Origin: an uncultured Chloroflexia bacterium
GTDB taxonomy: Bacteria; Chloroflexota; Limnocylindria; QHBO01
Direction: 5' to 3'
NCBI GenBank assembly: GCA_963827475.1
Contig: CAWHAZ010000005.1
Coordinates: 320,001-384,000 of the forward strand
Length of the DNA: 64,000 bases
Shown one piece after another: positions 1-8,709 of this stretch. Under the pieces are notes generated by a model that was not told the DNA's origin, did no database searches, and worked only from the letters and a program-made list of their open reading frames with translations. Both the position numbers and the translations under genes were made by a program. The first letter of the stretch is position 1, and each line of letters begins with the position of its first letter.

Positions 1-1
1 G

Positions 2-1381
2 GCGACGATCGGCACCGGCGACCTGCCGGACGTGGACATCGCGAAGTCGGGCGGCACCCTGACCCTGTCCGGCACGATCCGCCTGTCGGACGCCGACTGG
101 ACGCATATCACCGGCGCCGTGATCCCCGGCGCCAGCCTGGTCGTGTTCAGCGGAACCTCGACCGTGAGTGCCGACGGCATGTCGTTCTTCGACCTGACCG
201 TGAACGGCGGCACCACCACGCTGGCGGAGGACCTGTTCGTCGGAGGCGACCTCACCGTCCTGGCCGGCGCGCTCGACGGCGGCGGGCAGACGGCCAGCGT
301 CGCCGGCGACGTGACCGTCGACGGCGCCATCGCCGCCGACACCATGAGCCTGCGGATGAACGGCACAGCGCCCCAGAACCTCGGCGGCGCCGCCGCCGAC
401 ATCGGTCTGGTCGACCTCGTCGTCGACAACGCCGCCGGTGTCGCGCAGGCGACGACGGTGATGGTGTCCGGCACCCTGACACTCAACGGCCCGCTGGACT
501 TCAGCGGGGAGACCCTGGGCATTGCCAACCCGATCGCCGGCACCCCGGCCAGCCTGGTTGGCGACGCCGCCTCCTCGCTCGAGGTCTTTGGCACCGGGGC
601 GGGCATCGTCATCCCCGCCGGGCTGTCCGCCCTGGCGAACCTCATTCTGGACAACCCGAACGGCGCGGCACTGGCGGGACCGATGACCATCGGTCAGGGG
701 CTGGTGCTGACCGACGGCATCATCGAGGTCCGACCGTGGGTGCTGACCGTCGGGCCGGCCGGCGTCGTCACCCGCGTCGCGGGTCACGTGGACGGGTCGC
801 TCGAGAAGACCGTCCCCATCGGGTCGGCCGTGACCGTCGACTTCGAGATCGGCGACGCCACGACCTATGCGCCGGTGAGCGTCACCTTCGGCATGGTCGT
901 CTGGAGCAGCACGCTGACCGTGGTGACCGTCGGTGGCGAGCACCCCAACCTTGCGACGTCGTTCATCCGCCCGACTGCCGACGTGAACCGATGGTGGCGG
1001 GTGACCAACGGCGGCGTCCTGTTCGACTCGGCCGACGTGACACTCCACTGGGCGCCGTCCGATGTCGACCCCGGCGCGGACCCGGCGGCCTTCGTCGTCG
1101 GCAAGTGGGATGCGGGCTGGACGATGCCGGCGGTGTCCAATCCGACGCCCACCGAAATCACCGCCGTCGGTCTGACCTCCTTCAGCGCGTTCGCCGTGGG
1201 CGGGCTGGAGGACGGCGACCTGCCCGACACATCAGGCGATGACGACTCTGGCACCCCGGCGCTCGACCTCGGGCTCCGGGCCGGCATGGTCAGCGCTTTG
1301 CTGCTGGGACTGGTGGGGATCGTCATCGTCCTGACCCGGCGCGCTCGGCCGGAACCACGCGCCGCCCGCGACGACGGCTGA
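2..1381 (+). CDS. C-terminal part (5'-partial) of a large beta-rich surface protein with a sortase-like C-terminal anchor
   Basis: Frame is open from the window edge. G/T/L/V-rich beta-strand repeats end in LPDTSG, then a hydrophobic helix (AGMVSALLLGLVGIVIVL) and a basic tail (TRRAR). Confidence 0.75.
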   Translation, partial: ATIGTGDLPDVDIAKSGGTLTLSGTIRLSDADWTHITGAVIPGASLVVFSGTSTVSADGMSFFDLTVNGGTTTLAEDLFVGGDLTVLAGALDGGGQTASVAGDVTVDGAIAADTMSLRMNGTAPQNLGGAAADIGLVDLVVDNAAGVAQATTVMVSGTLTLNGPLDFSGETLGIANPIAGTPASLVGDAASSLEVFGTGAGIVIPAGLSALANLILDNPNGAALAGPMTIGQGLVLTDGIIEVRPWVLTVGPAGVVTRVAGHVDGSLEKTVPIGSAVTVDFEIGDATTYAPVSVTFGMVVWSSTLTVVTVGGEHPNLATSFIRPTADVNRWWRVTNGGVLFDSADVTLHWAPSDVDPGADPAAFVVGKWDAGWTMPAVSNPTPTEITAVGLTSFSAFAVGGLEDGDLPDTSGDDDSGTPALDLGLRAGMVSALLLGLVGIVIVLTRRARPEPRAARDDG

Positions 1382-1385
1382 AGCC

Positions 1386-2309
1386 CTACCGGCCGGCCAG
1401 GTCCTCCACCAACGGGGCCATGGCCTCCATCGCCCGTCCGGGGATCACGTAGGCGCTGATTCCCAGCCGCTCCCGGCGACGCTCGAGCAGCTCGCGCAGT
1501 CCGTTCCGGGTCCCGTACAGCACGTACGGCGAGGGGAGCAGCTTCGTGAGCGCGGTCATCCCGGCCGCCGCGATCGAGGGCAGCGGCCCGCTGCCGCCGC
1601 CGCCGACCATCCCCGCCGCCCCCAGGAACAGGCTGAGCTCGAGGTCCGCGAAGCGCGGGCCGGCGGTCGTCCGCACGGTGGCAACCTTCTCCACCAGCGC
1701 GTCTTCGCCGACCTGGCTCGCGATCGGCCGGCCGGCGGCGTTGAACTGCGGGATGAAGTTCACGATATCCGCCTGCCGCGCCGCGAGGCGCAGGATGCGT
1801 GGCCCGCCACCACCGAGCATCACCGGGATCGGTCGCTGGACCGGCTGCGGGGAGAGGCGGGCGCGGCGCACCGTATATGCGGTTCCCGCGTGGGTCACCG
1901 TCTCCCCGGCGAACAGGCGTCGGATGATGGCCAGCGCCTCCTCCAGGCGGTCGATCCGCCGCGGGGGCGGGTCGTACGCCACGCCCAGCTGCGCGTAATC
2001 CGACGGTCGCCACCCGGCCCCGATCCCGAACTCCAGCCGGCCGCCGGACAGGAGGTCCAGGGTGGCCGCCTCGCGGGCCAGCAGCAGCGGGTGGCGAAAG
2101 TCGTTGGCGAACACGCACGAGCCGATGCGCACCCGCGAGGTCGCGGCCGCGGCGGCGGCCAGCGCCGGCACCGGAGAGAGCTGGCCGGTCAGGTGATCGG
2201 GGGCCAGCAGGATGTCGTAGCCCAGCGCCTCCGCGCGACGCGCCCGGTGAGCCCACTCCTCGCCGCTGGCGGCGGAGCTGCTCAAGAGCCCGAATCGAAA
2301 CGGACGCAT
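1386..2309 (-). CDS. LLM-class (luciferase-like) F420-dependent oxidoreductase
   Basis: ARRAEALGYD..PDH, RHPLLLAREAATLDLLSGGRLEFGIGAGW and GGGGPRILRLAARQAD motifs; start placed at MRPFRFG. Confidence 0.88.
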   Translation of the reverse strand: MRPFRFGLLSSSAASGEEWAHRARRAEALGYDILLAPDHLTGQLSPVPALAAAAAATSRVRIGSCVFANDFRHPLLLAREAATLDLLSGGRLEFGIGAGWRPSDYAQLGVAYDPPPRRIDRLEEALAIIRRLFAGETVTHAGTAYTVRRARLSPQPVQRPIPVMLGGGGPRILRLAARQADIVNFIPQFNAAGRPIASQVGEDALVEKVATVRTTAGPRFADLELSLFLGAAGMVGGGGSGPLPSIAAAGMTALTKLLPSPYVLYGTRNGLRELLERRRERLGISAYVIPGRAMEAMAPLVEDLAGR

Positions 2310-2379
2310 CGCGCAGCCAGTGTGCGCGAACCGACTCGATGGCGGTAGATTGCCGGCCACGCCGGAGGTGCGTCGACTG

Positions 2380-2865
2380 ATGACCGATGCCGATCACGCC
2401 CGTTTCATGCGGATGGCGATCGCGCTCGCCCGCCACAGCGCGATCGTCGACCGGACCGGCAGCCCGTTCGGCTGCGTGATCGTCCGCGACGGCCAGGTGG
2501 TCGGCGAGGGCGTCAATGCCGTGCCGACCACGAACGATCCGACCGCCCACGCGGAGGTGGTCGCCATCCGCCGGGCCTGCGCGAACCTGGACACCTACGT
2601 GCTGGCCGGCAGCACCGCGTACACCACCGGCGAGCCGTGCCCGATGTGCTACGCGGCGGCCTGGTGGGCGCGGATCGACTGCATCTACTACTCGTCGACG
2701 ATCCAGGACGCGCTCGAGTTCGGCGCGTTTGACGACGAGGCGATCTATGAGGCGGTGACCAAGCCCGGTCCGGAGCGGGCGGTCCCGGCCCGCGAGCTGC
2801 TCCGCGACGAGATGGTCGAGGTCTGGCGCGAGTTCGCAGCCATTCCCGACCGCATCCACTACTGA
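2380..2865 (+). CDS. Zn-dependent nucleoside/guanine deaminase (GuaD-like)
   Basis: PFGCVIV, DPTAHAE and EPCPMC motifs; C-terminal Tyr; GGAGGTG RBS before ATG 2380. Confidence 0.85.
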   Translation: MTDADHARFMRMAIALARHSAIVDRTGSPFGCVIVRDGQVVGEGVNAVPTTNDPTAHAEVVAIRRACANLDTYVLAGSTAYTTGEPCPMCYAAAWWARIDCIYYSSTIQDALEFGAFDDEAIYEAVTKPGPERAVPARELLRDEMVEVWREFAAIPDRIHY

Positions 2866-2886
2866 CCGATGAAGGGGCACTGACCG

Positions 2887-3600
2887 ATGTCCGGCGCGTT
2901 CACGGGGTTCACGCCCGAGGCCATCCACTTCCTGCTCGAGCTTTCGGCGAACAACGACCGGGGCTGGTTCCAGCCGCGCAAGGCCGAGTTCGAGCGACTG
3001 CTGCGCGACCCGCTCGCAGCGCTGTGCGAAGACCTCGGCGACCGGTTCCGGCGACGGAAGATCCCGCTCAGGGCCGACACCGGCTCCCCGTTCCGGATCT
3101 ACCGCGATGTCCGGTTCTCGAAGGACAAGTCGCCGTACAAGACGTACGTCAGCGCGAGCTTCCCGTGGGACGAGCCCGGCACCCCGGCCGCGGCGCCGCG
3201 GAGCCGGACCGAGGCGGTCCACCGGCCCGGCGGTTACTTCTCCTTCTCTCCCGACGAGGCGTACCTCGGCGGCGGGTTGTGGCACGCCGACCGGCCGTAC
3301 CTCGAGGCCTGGCGCCAGGTGGTCGTCGACGAGCCAAAGCGACTGCACGCGGTCATCGACGCGCCGAAGTTCAAGAAGGCGTTCGGCGATCTCGACGCCG
3401 AGGACCGGCTCAAGAGAGTCCCGCCCGGCTACCCCGCCGACCATCCCGACGCGGAGCTCCTGAAGCTCAAGGACGTCCTGTTCGGCCGCCGCCTGACGGA
3501 TGCCGAGGCGCTGTCACCCGACCTCCCGGACGTCCTGGCCGAGGCCTTCGCGACCGCCACGCCGATGCTTCGATTGCTCGCGTCGCTGGCCGCCGCCTGA
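2887..3600 (+). CDS. DUF2461 family protein
   Basis: FL.EL..NN.R.WF, FRIYRDVRFSKDKSPYK and LKRVP.GY..DHP..ELLK motifs. Confidence 0.88.
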   Translation: MSGAFTGFTPEAIHFLLELSANNDRGWFQPRKAEFERLLRDPLAALCEDLGDRFRRRKIPLRADTGSPFRIYRDVRFSKDKSPYKTYVSASFPWDEPGTPAAAPRSRTEAVHRPGGYFSFSPDEAYLGGGLWHADRPYLEAWRQVVVDEPKRLHAVIDAPKFKKAFGDLDAEDRLKRVPPGYPADHPDAELLKLKDVLFGRRLTDAEALSPDLPDVLAEAFATATPMLRLLASLAAA

Positions 3601-3660
3601 CCCTCGAAACGACCCCACGACGACGTGCGGAAAATGCGCCACGCGCGCCGGGGAAAGGGG

Positions 3661-3666
3661 TAGACT
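3661..3666 (+). promoter_or_regulatory. Putative -10 element (TAGACT) for the candidate ncRNA
   Basis: TANNNT hexamer ending 7 nt before the first paired base (G3673) of the structured region; no clear -35. Confidence 0.5.
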
Positions 3667-3672
3667 CGCGCA

Positions 3673-4209
3673 GCCATCCGACACCGCGGCTTGCCGCGAT
3701 CGGATGGTACGGAGGCATGGAACTGGCGTTCGCGTTGGATCGGTGTCTTCATCGGGTGCTGGTAGCGTAGGAAGCGGAGATAAGCGCCCGCTCCGACGTG
3801 TCATTGACCCACTGCCATTGCCCGGCGTGGTTCGGGACAGCGGTCGAAATACCCTGTCCGGGACGGCCGGGATGACCCGATGGCAAGGCCTTGTGGCACG
3901 GCGGCTACAGTCGGGAACCGATGGGAGCCTCGACCCGAAAGGGAAGAGTCCCGAACTCGACTGGACTGGCCTACGGTTCCGGTTCGGCGGCGGGCACGTC
4001 GTCGGGCGACACTACAAGTCAGGCGTCGCTAAAGAAGTCCGATAACGGCTCGGGTGCCAGGCTCGTCGTCCCGCTTGGAGGACGGACCCGGCGTCTTGAC
4101 CCGAAGTCGGGCGTGGCGCAGGCGCGTCCGTTTGTCCGGCGTGAAACCCGGACCGATAGGCGGGCTGATAGGGGCCGGGTGATCCCCGCAAGGGGTTTGC
4201 CGGGCCCCT
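3673..4209 (+). ncRNA. Candidate large structured non-coding RNA (~540 nt), family not recognised
   Basis: Helices by inspection: 3673-3708 (CUUG loop), 3711-3750 (UUCG loop), 3797-3900 nested domain with a CGAAAU loop, GAAA-capped stem near 3923-3952, 4126-4165 (UGAAA loop), 4170-4209 (GCAA loop). Long-range pairs 3751-56/4038-43 and 3786-96/3984-95. No credible CDS. Confidence 0.7.
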
Positions 4210-4244
4210 GCGCTGTTTCATGGGACGGTTTCGGAGGGCAATGG

Positions 4245-4616
4245 ATGGCCATCATCGTCAAGAACCTCGACCAGCCGGACGAGGCGTTCTCCGACGGGGA
4301 CGCCGGCGCCTCGGGCTACACCGTCGCCGGGGACTCCATGGTCTTCCGATCGGTCCTCCAGCCGGGCTGGAGCTGGGACGAGTACGTCAAGCCCCAGACC
4401 GATGGCGACGAGAGCTGCCAGATGGTCCACCGCGAGTACGTCATCTCGGGGCGGATCCGCTACCTGACCGATGAGGGGGACGAGGTCGTTGCCGGTCCGG
4501 GCGACCACCTGTGGATCGGCCCCGGCCATCGAGCCTGGGTGCAGGGGGACGAGCCGTTCGTCTCGATCGACTTCGAGATCGGCGAGCCGGACGAGGACGA
4601 GGCCGAGTCCGACTGA
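4245..4616 (+). CDS. Cupin domain protein
   Basis: LQPGWSW..VKP, SCQMVH and GPGH.AWV.GDEP motifs; GGAGGG RBS upstream. Confidence 0.8.
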   Translation: MAIIVKNLDQPDEAFSDGDAGASGYTVAGDSMVFRSVLQPGWSWDEYVKPQTDGDESCQMVHREYVISGRIRYLTDEGDEVVAGPGDHLWIGPGHRAWVQGDEPFVSIDFEIGEPDEDEAESD

Positions 4617-4629
4617 CCGCGGAGGCCGA

Positions 4630-4926
4630 TCAGCCGCCCAGGCGTCGCCAGATCTCGCCTTCGTACTCCGGGAAGTAGCGGCCGATCACCGGCAGCTCGA
4701 ACTCGCGAAGGATCGACTCGCGCGGCTCGCGCTCGAGCAGGAAGGCGAACGACTCCTCGGCCAGCCGTTCCGCGGACGTCCCCGGTGGGGCGAGCGTCGC
4801 CAGGTCGTCCGTGGCGATCGAGACGTGGTGGGTCGTCGTCGCGGGCTCGTCACCCACCGTGACCGTGCAGCGCCAGCCGCCCTCCACCGGATCGCAGGTG
4901 AGCTGGACCGGTTGTCCGTCGGGCAT
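4630..4926 (-). CDS. Conserved hypothetical protein
   Basis: 98-aa ORF with typical codon usage and a conserved-looking SFAFLLEREP.ESIL..F.L.VI.RYFPEYE segment. Confidence 0.7.
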   Translation of the reverse strand: MPDGQPVQLTCDPVEGGWRCTVTVGDEPATTTHHVSIATDDLATLAPPGTSAERLAEESFAFLLEREPRESILREFELPVIGRYFPEYEGEIWRRLGG

Positions 4927-4951
4927 GACGCGACTCTCGATGGTCAGGAAG

Positions 4952-5027
4952 TGGAGCGGGAGACGGGGATCGAACCCGCGACATTCAGCTTGGAAGGCTG
5001 ACGCTCTGCCAACTGAGCTACTCCCGC
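4952..5027 (-). tRNA. tRNA-Gly (anticodon TCC)
   Basis: Reverse complement GCGGGAGTAGCTCAGTTGGCAGAGCGTCAGCCTTCCAAGCTGAATGTCGCGGGTTCGATCCCCGTCTCCCGCTCCA forms a 76-nt cloverleaf with TTCGA T-loop and encoded CCA; TACAAT -10 at 5044-5039. Confidence 0.97.
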
Positions 5028-5064
5028 CAGTGGGAAGGATTGTACCGATGCCGACAGTCTGGAC

Positions 5065-5403
5065 CTATCCCGGCTGCTCGCCGACCGTGACGATGGAGTC
5101 GCCGCCGAACACGTAGGGCTCCGCGACCTGGTAGGCGTCGGCCTCGCGGTTCCAGGCCTCGAAGCGCGGATCGCCGTCGTGGGCGTGGTGCCCCTCGTCG
5201 GTCGCAAAGATCGCGACCACCAGGTACTGGACCGCGCCATCGACCCCCTTCGTGCTGATCTCGAGCCGGCTCAACGTGGCCTGCAGCAACAGCCCGCGCG
5301 CATGCAGGTCGCGCCAGATCGGCTCCTCCTGCGCTCGGAACCCTCGCTCGAACTCAGCCGCTCGATCCTCGCCCACGTTCAGCACGATCCCGATCGTCTG
5401 CAT
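5065..5403 (-). CDS. Hypothetical protein, possible dimeric alpha/beta-barrel (ABM-like)
   Basis: 112-aa ORF with GGAGG RBS; the fold guess comes only from the alternating beta/alpha pattern. Confidence 0.6.
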   Translation of the reverse strand: MQTIGIVLNVGEDRAAEFERGFRAQEEPIWRDLHARGLLLQATLSRLEISTKGVDGAVQYLVVAIFATDEGHHAHDGDPRFEAWNREADAYQVAEPYVFGGDSIVTVGEQPG

Positions 5404-5433
5404 GCCTCGCCTCCTGTCTGCGCCGGTGCTCCG

Positions 5434-5928
5434 TCAGTTGGGGCTCGCGGCGAGCTTCTCGAGCTGCTCCGCGTGCTCCTCGAGGTGGCCGACGACGAAC
5501 CGATCCGCGATCTCGGCCACGGTCATCTCGCCCCGCCGCGCATGGAGCCCCCGCGCGGCCCATTGCTCCGGGGTGAGCCCGAGGAGATAGGTTCGGAGCT
5601 GCGCGAGCGCCCCGGCCAGGCGCGCCATCTGCTCGCTCGGCGAGTCGTGACGGCCGGCCTCGATCGCGCCGACCCGACCCTCGTCTTCCGTCGTCCGCCC
5701 GAAAGCGACCGGCTCGGCGCCGCGAGCGGCGCCCACGATGACCCGCCGAATCTCGTTCTGCCAGTACGGGACGAACTCGGCGACGTGCGCCCAGGCCTGG
5801 CCCGCGTCCCACTGCTCCCCGGTGGCCGGGTCCGGATCGGTGAGGCCGGGTGGCGGGTCCTCGGCGAAGGCCGCCAGGCGCCCCTCGGCCACCGCCATCC
5901 GGGCCATCAGCTCCATGTGCTCCTTCAC
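5434..5928 (-). CDS. DinB family protein
   Basis: W...Q..AH.AEF and HLEEHAEQL His pattern; GTG start with GAGGAG RBS, overlapping the FAH stop. Confidence 0.75.
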   Translation of the reverse strand: MKEHMELMARMAVAEGRLAAFAEDPPPGLTDPDPATGEQWDAGQAWAHVAEFVPYWQNEIRRVIVGAARGAEPVAFGRTTEDEGRVGAIEAGRHDSPSEQMARLAGALAQLRTYLLGLTPEQWAARGLHARRGEMTVAEIADRFVVGHLEEHAEQLEKLAASPN

Positions 5929-6944
5929 GATGCGCTCCTCCCTGTCGGGCGACTGATGATCGGCGTTCGCAGCTCCCCGAGGCGCTCGATGCGGAGCGTC
6001 ACCTCGTCCCCCGGCTCGAGCCACCGTCCGAGACGTTCCTCGCCGACTTCCAGCAGGCAGCCGCTGCCCACCGTGCCACTCCCCAGCAGCTCCCCGGGTC
6101 GCAGCCGAACGTCGGCCGATGCCCGGGCCAGCATGTCCCCGAACGAGAACTGGGCCGCGGACCACGTCCCACGGCTGATCTCGGCCCCGTTCACGTCGGC
6201 GGTCAGCGCCAGTGCGTACCCCTTTTCGGCGCGGACATCGGTCAATTCGTCGGGAGTGACCAGCCAGGGACCGATGCTGGTGGCGAAGTCCTTGCCCTTG
6301 GCCGGGCCCAGGCGGACGGTCGTCTCCTCCCGCTGGAGGTCGCGCGCGGACCAGTCGTTCAGGATGAAGTAGCCGCCAATCGCCTCCTCCGCCCGGTCCG
6401 CCGGCAGGTCCACCGCCGGCGTGTCGACCAGCGCCCCGACCTCGAGCTCGTAGTCGAGCTCGACCGATCCATCCGGCGCCCATACCGGGTCACCCTGCCC
6501 GCGGATCTCCGAGGTGTTGCCGAAGTAGAAGATCGGCAGGCGGTACCACGCCTCGGGGATGTCGTGGCCCCGGCGCTTCCACATCGTGCCGACGTGCTGC
6601 TCGAAGGCGTAGAAGTCGCGCAGGGAAGGGGGATCGAGGATCGGCGGCCCGAAGGCGAGGTCGTCCGCGGCCAGCACCGCCTCGCCGTCCGCCGTTGCGC
6701 CTCCGCCTTCGACGAGCTCGGCCAGCGCCTCGACGCGCAGCCCGCGGCCGAGATGGGCGTCCAGCGTGGTCACCGGCTGCCGAAAGAGAACCGCGTTGTG
6801 CCCGAGCCGCGGGTCGGCGGCGATCATCGCGACCCGCGCCGCCTCGAGGTCCAGCCACCCGGCGCCGTCCGGGTCCACGGCCGCCGTCAGGCGCCAGGGC
6901 GCACCGATCGGGGCGTTCCGCTCGCGGACGTGGGCCAGGCGCAT
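5925..6944 (-). CDS. Fumarylacetoacetate (FAH) hydrolase family protein
   Basis: RDFYAFEQH, LDYELEVG, NDWSARDLQ, KGKDFATSIGP and GSGTVG motifs. Confidence 0.9.
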   Translation of the reverse strand: MRLAHVRERNAPIGAPWRLTAAVDPDGAGWLDLEAARVAMIAADPRLGHNAVLFRQPVTTLDAHLGRGLRVEALAELVEGGGATADGEAVLAADDLAFGPPILDPPSLRDFYAFEQHVGTMWKRRGHDIPEAWYRLPIFYFGNTSEIRGQGDPVWAPDGSVELDYELEVGALVDTPAVDLPADRAEEAIGGYFILNDWSARDLQREETTVRLGPAKGKDFATSIGPWLVTPDELTDVRAEKGYALALTADVNGAEISRGTWSAAQFSFGDMLARASADVRLRPGELLGSGTVGSGCLLEVGEERLGRWLEPGDEVTLRIERLGELRTPIISRPTGRSAS

Positions 6945-7022
6945 CGCGCGGAGTGTACGCGGCGTCATCGGTACTTCCGGCTCATGGTGCGTTGGTGGGT
7001 GGTTCGGTACGGTCTGGCCCAG

Positions 7023-8691
7023 ATGTCGCGGCTGGCAGACCGGGGGGTCGCCGAGCTGCCGGTGGCCGGCGTGCCCGAGTCCCGGCAGGAATCCCGTGTC
7101 CGGCAGGGCAGCGCACGCCTGTCCGACCGGCGGCGGAGGCGCGCCCACCGACTTGCCGGCGACCAGTACCTGTTCTACACCGCGCTCCTGGCTCCGGTCG
7201 CCATCGCCGTCGCATCGGTCAGCTTCTTCACCGATGACACCGCCAGCGCCATCGTCCTGAGTGCGCTGTTCCTCGGCATCCAGGCCGGGGTCGGACGCAT
7301 CCCGCCCCGGCATCGGTTCCTGACCCCCCAGGGCTGGTCCCTGCTCCGGCTGGCCATCGCGCTGCTCTACGTCTGGGCGCTGGTGAACACGGTCGGCGGC
7401 CCGGGCAAACCGCTGTTCCCGCTGTACCTGCCGGTGGTCGTGGCTGCCGCGGCACTGGGGACCACGCAGGTGATCGTGATCGGGATCACCGCCGCGGTCA
7501 TCTACCTCGTCCCGGAGCTGGCCAGCCACCTCGACCCGGAGACCGTCCTCAACCCGACGTCGGTGGTCGCGCTGGCCGAGCTCACGCCGCGCGGCATCGC
7601 GCTGGTCGGGGTGTCCACCGTGCTGGCCATCGGCACCCGGCGCCTCGTCGTCGAGCTGGAGGCGATCAGCGGCCAGTTCCGGGCGACCGCCCTCTCCGAG
7701 CGGCGCCGGTCCCGGCAGATCGCCGGCCTGGAGGCGGTCAGCCGGCTGCTGGTCACCGCCGGCGCCACCCCCGAGCTGCTCGAGCGGGTGGCCGATGTCA
7801 TGGTCGAGCGGTTCGGCTATGCCCAGGCCGCGATCTTCATCGCGGAGGGGGACGGCATGAAGCTCGGCGCCCAGCGCGGCTACCCGGAGGACATGGCCGC
7901 CTTCGACCCGCGAACCGGGGTGGTCGGCCGCGCGGCGCGGACGGGCGAGGTCCAGCTGGTGCAGGACGTGTGGCGCGATCCGGACTACGTGCCCGGCCAC
8001 AACCGGGTGGTGAGCGAGATCGCGGCGCCCATGGTCCTCGACGGCGTGCTCCTCGGCGTCCTGAACATCGAGTCCACCGCGGCCACCCCGCTCGACCGCA
8101 TCGACCGCGACCTGGTGGCGACGATGGCCGACAAGCTGGCCACCGCCCTGGCCCTTGCCCGTGACCGACAGGCCCTGGCCGAGCTCGCGGTCCGCGACGG
8201 GCTGACCGGACTGCACAACCGTCGATTCTTCGACGACGCCGTCGCCCGGCTGCTGGCCGCACGCGACGCCATGCCGCCCAGCGAGCGGCGACCGGTGGCC
8301 GCCATCCTGTTCGACCTCGACCACTTCGGGACGTTCAACAAGCTTCACGGGGTCCAGGTCGGCGACCAGGCCCTGCGGGTGTTCGCCCACGCCATCCGGG
8401 AGCGGCTGCGCCAGACCGATCTCGTGGCGCGCTACGGCGGCGAGGAGTTCGTGATCGTGCTCGACGGCGCGGACCGTGACCAGGCGGTGACCGTGGCCGA
8501 GGAGGTTCGGCGACGCCTCGCTTCGCGGACGATCCCCGCCGAGGACGGCGCTCCCGTTGCAGCTCACCGTGTCCGCCGGTTGCGCGGCCCTGAGTGACGA
8601 CGAGCCCAGCGCCGAGGCGCTCCTGCGCACCGCCGACGTGGCCCTGTCCATGGCCAAGCGCGGCGGCCGGGACCGGGTGGTCGCCGCCTAG
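7023..8691 (+). CDS. Membrane-bound sensor diguanylate cyclase (TM-GAF-GGDEF); frameshift near 8555
   Basis: Several TM helices, a GAF domain (SEIAAPM..GVLNIES), D.LTGLHNRR, DLDHF and RYGGEEF. The C-terminal LTVSAG...AD.AL..AK.GGRDRV lies in a shifted frame ending at TAG 8691. Confidence 0.85.
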
Positions 8692-8709
8692 CCGCCGCCC
8701 CGGATCGGC

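Noticed and set aside
3673-4240. Identity as RNase P RNA, tmRNA, SRP/6S RNA, or a group I/II intron
   Set aside because: Only fragmentary resemblances (AAGAAGTCCG…GGGTGCCAGG; ACGGTTTCGGAGGG). No RNase P P4 strands, tRNA-like ends, group II domain V helix or group I P7 consensus, and no interrupted host gene.
3500-4244. ORFs 3500-4045, the 5' extension 3891-4244 and antisense ORFs as proteins
   Set aside because: Arg/Gly/Ser-rich translations with no recognisable motif; the cupin has its own RBS and start at 4245.
4952-5027. tRNA-Gly as the attachment site of an integrated element
   Set aside because: No integrase and no duplicated tRNA 3' end were noticed in the window.
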